This document shows positions 26,003 through 35,000 of a stretch of 57,073 bases of DNA, piece after piece. Source of the stretch: a virus; IMG/VR virus record IMGVR_UViG_3300036861_000774, one strand, 5' to 3'. Position 1 is the first letter of the stretch; each line of letters starts with the position of its first letter. The position numbers were made by a program, and so were the translations under genes. The notes beneath the pieces are model-generated. The model searched no databases. It was given only the letters and a program-made list of their open reading frames with translations, and was not told the origin of the DNA.

Positions 26003-26436
26003 TGCGGATTGATTACTGGGGTCTGGAAGAAGAGGTGAAGGCGATCCTCGATACCGAATTGGTCGATGGGCACGTTGATATCGAGCGCGAGTTTCAGTTC
26101 GCGAGCGAATCGACACCATGGGTCGGGATCTATCTCGATCGCCGTGACGCCCCTGCCAGTCTGCAACCTCTCGCGGCTGGCAAGCAGACGCGGATGCTCG
26201 TCCGCCTTCGCCTCGACTGCCGAGCCTACAGCCTGGAGTCGATCGCTCGGGCGAGTCAGTTCCGCGATGAACTCATCGGGCGCGTGGAAGTCGCGCTCAT
26301 GAAGCACCGAGACCTGAACGGGAAGGCGACGGCGAGCTGGCTGGAGGGCGGGTCGTTCTCGCGTGTGCCTCAGCAGGACGGCTGGATCAGTGGCGGCGAA
26401 GTGATGCTCGTGGCCGACGTGAAAGCGACGACGTAA
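26002..26436 (+). CDS. Head-tail joining / tail completion-like protein (144 aa)
   Basis: TGATG coupling. Called on its position between the connector and the tail tube only. Confidence 0.4.
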   Translation: MRIDYWGLEEEVKAILDTELVDGHVDIEREFQFASESTPWVGIYLDRRDAPASLQPLAAGKQTRMLVRLRLDCRAYSLESIARASQFRDELIGRVEVALMKHRDLNGKATASWLEGGSFSRVPQQDGWISGGEVMLVADVKATT

Positions 26437-26448
26437 AGGAGAGCCCGC

Positions 26449-27411
26449 ATGCCCTACGGATTCGCGGGATTTATCGGTTTTGCGGAGGAGACGACGTGGG
26501 GCACCCCCGTCGGTGTCAACTCGGGCGATTTCATCGAGGCGATGAGCGAGAACGTCACCCTCGCGATCGATCGCTATGAGGCCCGCAACATCGTCGGCCG
26601 GTTCGTGGAGGGCGACGACTTCGCGGGAACACGGCGAATCGTCGGCGATCTTGTGTTCCCGGCCCATCCGCTGCATCTGGGCCGGTTCCTGAAAGCCAAC
26701 TTCGGCAATATCTCGACGGTCACGGTGGTACTCTCCGGCTTCCTGTGGGAGGTGGACTTCCGCCCTGCCACAGCCGACGCGGCGGCGAACAATCCCCTGC
26801 CGCCTCTAACGCTGGAGATCTTTCGCGACGTTACGAGCTCCAACCGCTACGCCGGCGCGCAGGTCACGAAGCTGGGTCTGTCGGTGCAGCCGAACCAGGA
26901 CCTTCGGGCGACGGCGAGCATTCTCGCGAAGACGACCAGCATGGTGGCGAAGTCGACCCCGACGTATCCGGCGACTGGAACCAACCCGTTCGTGTTCGAC
27001 ACCGCGAGCGTGCAGATTGCTGGCAGCGCCGTGGATTACGTCGAATCGCTGGCCATCGAGTTCGACAACCAGCTCGAGGGCATCCCGGTCTTGAACAACT
27101 CGACTGACATCGCGAGGGTGCGACGGCGCGGTGCCCAGCAGATTCGGGTACGAGGCACGGTTGGGTTCGAGACCGCGGCGGAATATGGGCGCTTCACGCA
27201 ACAGAGCGAAGCCAACCTCGTCGCGTCCTGGGCCCAGACGAATTCGTTCGGGCTTGTGCTGCGGGTCCCGCGACTGATTTACACGGCGTTTCCGCTCGGA
27301 ATGCCAGGCGATCAACGGCTCACGGTGGCCTTCGAGGGCATGGGGCGCTTTGACGCGACGCTGGGCTTCGCGCTGCAGGCACGGCTGACGACCGTGAAGA
27401 GCAACTACTGA
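26449..27411 (+). CDS. Major tail tube protein
   Basis: A 320-aa protein immediately upstream of the frameshifted chaperone pair. Its N-terminus FAEETTWGTPV is typical of siphovirus tube proteins. Confidence 0.6.
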   Translation: MPYGFAGFIGFAEETTWGTPVGVNSGDFIEAMSENVTLAIDRYEARNIVGRFVEGDDFAGTRRIVGDLVFPAHPLHLGRFLKANFGNISTVTVVLSGFLWEVDFRPATADAAANNPLPPLTLEIFRDVTSSNRYAGAQVTKLGLSVQPNQDLRATASILAKTTSMVAKSTPTYPATGTNPFVFDTASVQIAGSAVDYVESLAIEFDNQLEGIPVLNNSTDIARVRRRGAQQIRVRGTVGFETAAEYGRFTQQSEANLVASWAQTNSFGLVLRVPRLIYTAFPLGMPGDQRLTVAFEGMGRFDATLGFALQARLTTVKSNY

Positions 27412-27782
27412 TGAAATGCCTGACGCGCGATCAGATCCTCGCCGCAGAAGACCTCCCGCGGAAGCTCGTCGAAGTCCCAGAGTGGGGCGGGTCGGTCTAC
27501 GTCCGACATCTAACGGCCCAGGAGCGGGTCGAGTGGGCCTCGCAGGCCGATGCGCCAAAAGGACACACCATCGCGAGCCTCTTGGTGCTCTGTCTTGTGG
27601 ACGCGGATGGCCATCATGTATTCACGAAGGACGACATCCCGAAACTGCTGGAGAAAAACGGCGTCGTGGTCGATCGCCTCGCCGGCGAAGTCATCGAGCT
27701 CAACGGGCTGCGGGCGCGGGACGAGGAGCGGATCCTAAAAAACTCCGGGGCCGGCCCGAGCGCCGGCTCCACCTCCGAATAG
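27411..27782 (+). CDS. Tail assembly chaperone (G-like, zero-frame product)
   Basis: It lies between the tube and tape-measure genes, is 123 aa, and has a slippery heptamer near its 3' end. Confidence 0.7.
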   Translation: MKCLTRDQILAAEDLPRKLVEVPEWGGSVYVRHLTAQERVEWASQADAPKGHTIASLLVLCLVDADGHHVFTKDDIPKLLEKNGVVVDRLAGEVIELNGLRARDEERILKNSGAGPSAGSTSE

Positions 27783-27928
27783 CGAGAGAGCTGGGGATGC
27801 CATCGGTGCGTGAGCTCTACCACCGGGTGACGAACGCGGAATTGGTCGAACTCGTCGCGCTCTATGTGCTGGAGGCGGAGGACATGCGGCGCATAGAGAC
27901 CGAGGCGCGGTTAAGGAGCGCCCACTGA
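27411..27928 (+). CDS. Tail assembly chaperone -1 frameshift fusion product (GT-like)
   Basis: After the slip at A_AAA_AAC (27737..27743), the -1 frame reads LRGRPERRLHLRIARELGMPSVRELYHRVTNAELVELVALYVLE to the stop at 27928. This is the tail of ORF 27416..27928. Confidence 0.65.
27737..27743 (+). promoter_or_regulatory. Programmed -1 ribosomal frameshift slippery site A_AAA_AAC
   Basis: The heptamer is in the X_XXY_YYZ phase of the chaperone frame (codons CTA AAA AAC). A GC-rich stretch (ccggggccggcccgagcgccggc) follows it. Confidence 0.65.
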
Positions 27929-28497
27929 TGGAGGTCAGCGGCGATGTCCGGCTCACCGGCCTCAAGGAACTTGACGATGCGCTTCGCGGGATTTCCGCTG
28001 AGGTCCGCGGCCCGATCATGCGCGACGCCCTGAAAGCCGGGGGCGAGGTAATCCGCGAGGGTGCCGCGAAGAACATCCATAGCCGGAGCGGACAGACTGC
28101 CGCCGAGCTGAACGTCGAGATTCAAATCGGTGATGAAGAGGTCGGCGGCGCTGCGGCAATTGGGGCGATCAAGGGCGGCCGTCCGACCAAGCGCAACCAC
28201 ATTCTGAACTTCCTGGAATTCGGCACGAAGGCCCATAACGAACCGAAGCGCCGGGGACGACTTCGCCGATTCGAGGCGCGAGCCGGGAAGTCGCTGAAGT
28301 CGATCAACGCGGCGAAGCGCGTCGCCTTCGGCGGCCGCGTGTTCTCACGTGTGCATCATCCCGGTATTCAGCCCCAGGCCCCCCTGACGAACGCGCTCGC
28401 GGATCAGGCCGGGGCCGCCATCGAAGCATTCATCCGGACAGCGTGGCGGGGTATCGAGGCCACGGCGGTCCGCTTCTCGGGGAAAGCGGGAGGATAG
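27928..28497 (+). CDS. HK97 gp10-family protein
   Basis: LTGLKELDDALRGI ... SRSGQTAAEL ... LEFGT ... HHPGIQPQAPL fits the HK97 gp10 family pattern. Confidence 0.6.
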   Translation: MEVSGDVRLTGLKELDDALRGISAEVRGPIMRDALKAGGEVIREGAAKNIHSRSGQTAAELNVEIQIGDEEVGGAAAIGAIKGGRPTKRNHILNFLEFGTKAHNEPKRRGRLRRFEARAGKSLKSINAAKRVAFGGRVFSRVHHPGIQPQAPLTNALADQAGAAIEAFIRTAWRGIEATAVRFSGKAGG

Positions 28498-28525
28498 GGC
28501 AATCGCGACAGCCGGCGCCCTAATT

Positions 28526-30691
28526 GTGGAGTTAAGGCTCAACGCCGTCGCGTTCCATGCCGAGCTCGACAGGGCGCGTAGCAACCTGGGTCGTACCGGA
28601 AAATCGAGCGAGACCTTGGCCGGCCAGATGCGCGAAGGAACCGTCGCGATCCGAGCCATGGGCGGCGAGGTTCTCTCTAAGTTCAACCCAGCGCTGGGGG
28701 GCGCGGTCTCGGCGTTCTCGGCCGTGACGCGCGAAGCGAAGACCCTGCCCATCGCCCTTGGCCTGACGACCCTGGCCGTGGGCGCTGCATCGATCGGCCT
28801 CAGCATCTACATCGAAAAACTGGATGAGGCCCAAAAGTTCACGGCCAAGCTCGGGTTCGCGCAGAAGTCGGCCGATCTCGGCGCCATCCGCGGACTGCTC
28901 TCCGATAACGCGCAGGCCATGGAGCTCTTCAGGATCCGCGCCGAGCAGGCGAGCAAAGCCTTGCAGGGCCAGCAGGTCTTTCGGGACCTCGCCCAAGGGA
29001 AGGTTGGCGGACTCCAGGACTTCGGGAAGGGCGCGCTGGCGAATATCCAGAACGCCCTGACCGGCGCGATTGCCGCCGCGCAAAACTTCTTCGCGCCCAA
29101 AGGGCTTGAGCAACTGAAGAAGGAGAGCGCCGAAGCCGGCGAGGCCCTCAAGCACATCTTGCCGAGCGAGACGGTGCGGATCACGGCCGAATGGCGGGCG
29201 GCGCTCGACCGTGTCAATCTCTCCCTAGCGCAGATCCAGGCCGAGAGCGCCGCGACCCAGAACGATCTCGATGGGTTCACGCAGGCGATGCGTGTTCAGC
29301 AGGAGGCGGCGGGGAGCCTTGCGCTGAAGCTCGAAGAGGCGCGACGCGCGCGCGGTGAATTCGAGTTGGCGCAGATCCGGGCTCGCACCGAGTTGGCCCC
29401 GGGGGCCCTCGACATTGAACTGGCTAACAAGCGGAGAGAGATCGAGACCGACATCGTCAAGATCCGGGGCGATGCGCTAACGGCGGAACTCCAGGGTCAA
29501 GAAAAACTCCGCGTAGGCCGGCTCGCCATCATCGAGCGTCGGCAGGCGGCGTTTCCGCCCGAGCCGGGCATCGAAGAGGCGGGGTTGCATGAGGCGCTCG
29601 GGGCTGGCATCCCGCTCGGGACGACGTTTCCTGAGGTTCTCGCCCGAGGCCGTGAGGCCGCGCGTGGATTCGACGATGCGATCGCCGCAATTATCAAGAC
29701 GGGCCAATTGCTCGGGCCAACGATGGATGCGGCGGCAGAAGAATTATCGGCGGTCGAAGCCGAGTTGCGCCGCCTTGCAGCCACTGATCTTCCGGCCACC
29801 GACAGTGCCTTGCAAGCGCTGGCCAGCCGATTTCAGACGCTACAGGTTCGTCAGACGATGCAGGAACTCTCGCGCGAGACGAAGATCGCTGAAGCTCAAG
29901 CCCGCCTGCTCGGGGGCGCGTTCGATGAGACGCCGCGGAAGATCGAGCTGATTCAAGCCGCAATGGTGTCGCTCCTCCGGGAAGGGATCGACCCGACCGA
30001 TGCCAGACTCCAGCGACTGAAGGCCGACTTTGACCGGCTCCGCGATATCGAGGGCGTCAAGGACGCCTTCCGCGGGACGTTCCAGGACATTACCAGCAGC
30101 CTCATCAACACGATCCGCACGGCCCAGAACGCGGGCGACGCCATGCTCAAGATCGTCGACAACGCCGTGACGGGCTTCGCCAACCGGATGCTCAACGTCG
30201 CGCTCAGGCCGCTCGAGGAAGAGCTTGCGCGACTCGCCGGGCGGCTCGGCGGGTTCATCTTCGGTGCCCCGTCCGGCACCCCGACTGCTGGGACCGATGT
30301 CGCCCTGGCCAAGGGCGGGGTCATCGGCGGTGACTTCCTCCCCTTCCGCGCCTTCGCCACTGGCGGTGTCGCGCGACGGCCCACGTTGGGCTTGATCGCC
30401 GAACACCCGGGCATGCAGGAGGCGGTCATCCCGCTTCAGGGCGGCGCAATCCCGGTCGCGTTTCAGGGGGGCGGCGATGCCCCTCGCGGCGCAGTGCCCA
30501 GCGTGATTGTGCAGGTCATCAACCAGGTTCCGGGCGCCGAATCTACGACCCAGGAATCAACCGGGCCCAACGGGGAACGACTGATCCAGATCCTCGTGGC
30601 AAAGGCGTTCCGCGATCAACTCCATCGTGGAGCCTTCGACCGCGATCTTGGCCTGGGCTTCGGGATGAGTCGCCGACCAGTGGGGCGCTAG
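28526..30691 (+). CDS. Tape measure protein
   Basis: A 721-aa protein, Ala/Leu/Gln-rich and predicted helical, located after the chaperone pair. Confidence 0.8.
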   Translation: MELRLNAVAFHAELDRARSNLGRTGKSSETLAGQMREGTVAIRAMGGEVLSKFNPALGGAVSAFSAVTREAKTLPIALGLTTLAVGAASIGLSIYIEKLDEAQKFTAKLGFAQKSADLGAIRGLLSDNAQAMELFRIRAEQASKALQGQQVFRDLAQGKVGGLQDFGKGALANIQNALTGAIAAAQNFFAPKGLEQLKKESAEAGEALKHILPSETVRITAEWRAALDRVNLSLAQIQAESAATQNDLDGFTQAMRVQQEAAGSLALKLEEARRARGEFELAQIRARTELAPGALDIELANKRREIETDIVKIRGDALTAELQGQEKLRVGRLAIIERRQAAFPPEPGIEEAGLHEALGAGIPLGTTFPEVLARGREAARGFDDAIAAIIKTGQLLGPTMDAAAEELSAVEAELRRLAATDLPATDSALQALASRFQTLQVRQTMQELSRETKIAEAQARLLGGAFDETPRKIELIQAAMVSLLREGIDPTDARLQRLKADFDRLRDIEGVKDAFRGTFQDITSSLINTIRTAQNAGDAMLKIVDNAVTGFANRMLNVALRPLEEELARLAGRLGGFIFGAPSGTPTAGTDVALAKGGVIGGDFLPFRAFATGGVARRPTLGLIAEHPGMQEAVIPLQGGAIPVAFQGGGDAPRGAVPSVIVQVINQVPGAESTTQESTGPNGERLIQILVAKAFRDQLHRGAFDRDLGLGFGMSRRPVGR

Positions 30692-31042
30692 ATGGCGGTC
30701 TGGCCCGCGTCCTTGCCGCAAGCCCCCAACGCGGATGGTTATGCCGAGCACGCACCGAAAACCATCATCCGTACCGAGATGGAGGCAGGGCCACCGAAGA
30801 TGCGTCGGCGGTTCACGGCGGGTATCCGCCCGTTTGAGATGAAAATCGCGATGACGAAGTCGGAGACCCAGGTGCTTGACGCCTTCTTCGTTACGACGCT
30901 CGTTGGTGGATCACTCGCTTTTGACTGGATCCACCCGCGTACGGGAGCGGCGGCATCGTTCCGCTTTGTGAAGCCGCCCACGTATAGCGCGAAGAGCGAT
31001 AACGCGTGGGATGTGGCTCTGAGCGTGGAGGTCCTTCCCTAG
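30692..31042 (+). CDS. Minor tail protein (gpM-like position)
   Basis: A 116-aa ORF that starts directly after the tape-measure stop. Confidence 0.5.
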   Translation: MAVWPASLPQAPNADGYAEHAPKTIIRTEMEAGPPKMRRRFTAGIRPFEMKIAMTKSETQVLDAFFVTTLVGGSLAFDWIHPRTGAAASFRFVKPPTYSAKSDNAWDVALSVEVLP

Positions 31043-31057
31043 ATGCTAGCGACCATC

Positions 31058-31501
31058 TCACTGCGTCAATTCGATCGTGCCGCCCGTACACTTCTTCACG
31101 GTCGGCCACGCTTTTTCATCGATGTGCCGTGCCCCAGCAGCCGGCCCATTACCGCCGACGAGTCTCGACAGTCGCGTCTCGATCACAACGCGCCCCTGCT
31201 CTTGAGTGAACGTCAGATCGAGAATCGGTACGGGATTCATGCTTCCGGGGACGTAGCCGGTCACCGTCGCGCGGTGCTCCTCGGGGCGTTGATGAACCTG
31301 ATAGATGAGGTTTCCGGCTTGCAACGTCCACATGCTACTCGGGGCAGTCTGAAGCCCCTCCGCGACGCAATTGGCGATGATCCAATAGTCGCCGGTGGCT
31401 ATTGCTTGGCGCGTTGGCGGCGTCTGTCGAACCTCTTGAAGGCTCATCGTGCATGCGGTACTGAACAGCGCGACCAGTACAGGGAGAACCCGAGGATTCA
31501 T
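31058..31501 (-). CDS. Putative lipoprotein (moron, antisense to the tail operon)
   Basis: MNPRVLPVLVALFSTAC is a signal peptide plus a lipobox-compatible STAC. The mature part has a balanced composition. A competing + strand ORF at 31043..31555 cannot be excluded. Confidence 0.5.
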   Translation of the reverse strand: MNPRVLPVLVALFSTACTMSLQEVRQTPPTRQAIATGDYWIIANCVAEGLQTAPSSMWTLQAGNLIYQVHQRPEEHRATVTGYVPGSMNPVPILDLTFTQEQGRVVIETRLSRLVGGNGPAAGARHIDEKAWPTVKKCTGGTIELTQ

Positions 31502-31555
31502 GCGGCGGTGACGATACCTCCGCGACGCGAGCGTGTCAAGCGGAGCTGGCCGTAA

Positions 31556-32032
31556 ATGGCGCGCACACTGTCAGCCACGGCCGTCGCAGCCCTCATGGCG
31601 CAAGAGACAAGTGAGGTGTTCCTCGGTCTTTTGACCTTGAGCCATCCGGATCTATCGCCGCCAATCCGAATCGTGAACGACACCGTAAACGTCACGAGCC
31701 GCGGGAATATATATATCGCATTTCCGTATCGTCTTGAGATGCCGTGGGAGCGAGACGACGAGCTCCCGCAAGTAACGCTCGAGATCGACAACGTGGACCG
31801 CACGATCGTCCAGGCTGTGCGGGCACTCTCGGCGCGCAAGGATCTGACGGCACTCTTCGAGGTCGTGCTGGCCAGTTCGCCGGACACTGTTGAACTGGCC
31901 GAGCTATTCACTCTGCGCGGCGCGGAGTACGACGCCCTCGTGGTCCGCGGCCGACTCCAGTTTGAAGATGTCCTGAACGAGCCGTTTCCGGCCGATTCGT
32001 TCACGCCGGCCACTACACCGGGAATCTTCTGA
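31556..32032 (+). CDS. Minor tail protein (DUF1833-like, gpL-analogous position)
   Basis: EVFLGLLTLSHPDLSPPIRIVND ... PQVTLEIDNVDR matches the DUF1833 pattern. Confidence 0.6.
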   Translation: MARTLSATAVAALMAQETSEVFLGLLTLSHPDLSPPIRIVNDTVNVTSRGNIYIAFPYRLEMPWERDDELPQVTLEIDNVDRTIVQAVRALSARKDLTALFEVVLASSPDTVELAELFTLRGAEYDALVVRGRLQFEDVLNEPFPADSFTPATTPGIF

Positions 32033-35000
32033 TGGTGCCCCCCTGGACCCGTGACTATATCGGCATCCCCTGGAAGAGCAAGGGGCGCGACCGAATGGGG
32101 TGCGATTGTCTCGGGTTGGCCCGGCTGGTCTGGGCAGAGCAATTCGGCCTGAAGATTCCGTCGTACGACGAATGCTATGCGACCGCTGAGGATCTTCAGG
32201 AAATCGCGCGCATCATCGCCGCCGAGAGTGGCTCCTGGCGCAAGGTTCCGACGGAGGATGCGCGGGCGGGCGATGGCGTGCTGTTACGGGTCCTCGGTAA
32301 CCCGAGTCACATCGGGGTCGTCGTGGAGCCGCCGACATTCTTGCATGTAGCGCCGGGGATCAACGCGTGCCTCGATGATTACACGCGCCCGCACTGGGCC
32401 AAACGCTTGCTCGGCATCCATCGCCACGAGGATCTCTTGAGTGAGGCGTCACCGGACGCTCTCGCCTCACGGGTTATCGCGCCGGCCGAGATTCTTGATC
32501 CGAACTCCACGCTCAGGAGCCTTATCCTTCCGCACCCCTTCTCGAACGAGCGCATCGACAGGACGATCAAGGTTGGCGCCACGCTCGCAGAGATTCTCGA
32601 GGATGCCGGGTTGCCCATCGGGCCGATGCGCGGATTCTCGATTCGCGTCTTTATCGACGGCCACGGGCCGATCCCTCGAGAGTGGTGGTCGCGCATCAAG
32701 CCGAAAGCGGGCCGGATAGTTACTGCGCGCATCATCCCGGCCAATGCGGGAGGGGGTGGCGGCAAGAACGTGCTCGGGATGGTTCTGATGGTGGCCGTCA
32801 TTGTCGTGGCGATCGTCGCTCAACAGTACTACGCGGTCGCTCTCGCAGGGGCGCTTGGGGTCTCGGCGGCCACGGCGAGCGCCCTCATTGGTGCCGGCGT
32901 CATCGTCGCAGGCGGCCTCCTGATAAACGCGATTGCGCCCCCTCAGACCCCGAGCCTCGGGAGACTGAGCGGTGCGGCGAGTAGTCGATCATCACTCGAC
33001 GGGTCAAGCCCGACGCTCTCTATTACCGGTACGCGCAATCAGATGAGCCCCTATGGCCCGATTCCGCGCGTGTATGGTCGACATCGCATGTTCCCGCCGC
33101 TTGGGGCATCGACGTTCACGGAAGTCGTCGGGAGTGATCAGTACTTGCGCATGGTCCTTGTGCCTGGCTATGGCCCGCTGAACATCACCACTATTCAAAT
33201 CGGGGACAATCCGATCCTAAACTTCCAGGGCGTCGAGGTCGAGATCCGCCAGGGTTATAGCAACGACACGCCGCTGACGCTCTACACGGATGACATACAC
33301 GAAGACCCGCTCTCCGTCGTGCTCACCCAGGCCGGAGGATCGGCCATCCGAACCACTCAATCTGATGCCGATGAGATCAGTGTCGATATTGTGTTCCCGA
33401 ATGGTCTCTTCGCGCTTGCATCCGATGGCACACGCCTGCTCGCTACGGTCGCCGTCACCGTCGAATATCGTCTCGTCGGCGCGACATCCTGGACGCTGCT
33501 CGCAGAGGACGGCGATTTCAACCCCAGTACATGGGTCTCGGGCGTGTTCCGACGCGGTCGCCGGTGGACTACCAACAAAGGACAGTATGAAGTCAAGCTG
33601 ACCCGGACGACGGCCGACTCAAGCGATTTGAAGATTCACGATCAAGTGTTTTGGTCGGCGCTACGGACGATCCGTCATCGGGACCCGATTACGAAGACGG
33701 GCCTTGCCAAGATCGGGCTTCGGATTAAAGCGACCGACCAGCTTAACGGTGTCGTTGATCAACTCAACTGCATCGTTGAGTCGATCATCCCGGACTGGGA
33801 TGCGGGCAGCGGGACCTGGATCACGCGCGCGACGAGCAATCCAGCCTCGATTTATCGGGACATTCTCCAGGGTTCTGCGAATGCTAGACCGGTCGCCGAT
33901 GCGCGTATCGACCTTCCGGGACTTCAGGCATGGCATGAGGCGAACGCTACGGCCGGCCGCTTCTTCAACGCCATCATCGACTTTCGGACCACCCTGTTTC
34001 AGGCGCTCCGGGATGTCGCGGCAGTCGGACGAGCGTCCTTTGCCATGAAGGACGGGAAATATTCCGTCGTTCGTGACATCCCTCAGACAGTGCCGATTCA
34101 GCATTTCACCCCAAGGAACAGTAAAGACTTCAAGAGCACCAAGGCGCTGCCGGATCTTCCTCACGCGTTCAAGGCGCGATTCATCAACCCGAACGCTAAC
34201 TGGCAGCAAGATGAGCGGATCGTCTATGACGATGGCTTCAACGCCGACGGGAGCGGCGGCTTGACGCCGGCGTCAAAGTTCGAGGTCCTCGAACTGCTCG
34301 GCGTGACGGACTCTAATCAGGCGTGGCGGGACGGTCGCTATCACATTGCGGTGGCCCGTCTTCGTCCCGAGACGTACGAGCTGATGACGGATATCGAGCA
34401 CCTCATCTGCCAGCGGGGCGATCTGGTGAAGGTCGTGCACGATGTGCCGCTCTGGGGGTTGGCGTATGGGCGGGTGAAGGCTGTCCAGGTCGACGGGAGT
34501 GGCAATGCCACCGGGGTGACGGTCGACGAGATCTGCACGATGGAGATCGGGAAGAGTTATGCGATGCGCTTCCGGCGATCGACCGGAGCCTCGGTCATGC
34601 AGCAAGTGATCACCGCCGCCGGCGAGCAGACGACCGTGACATTCACCGTAGCCATCTTGGCGGCCAGTAAGCCGGCCGTTGGGGATCTCTTCCTATTCGG
34701 TCTGCTCAATAGTGAGAGCGTGGACCTCCTCGTCCAAGGCATCGACCCTGGACCCGACTTCTCGGCGAAACTGACCCTGGTCGACGCCTCGCCGGCCGTG
34801 CACACGGCCGATACGGGCCCGATTCCGGCCTTCGAATCCCAGATCACGCAGCCAGCGCTGATCCAGCGCCAGTCGCCCGCGCCGATTATCGATAGCGTCG
34901 TGTCGAACGAAGATGTGCTGACGCGGGCCATCGATGGTGCGCTCGAGAGCCGCATCCTGGTCGGTTTGCACTTCGTTTCGACGACCGACGTGCCCGCGAT

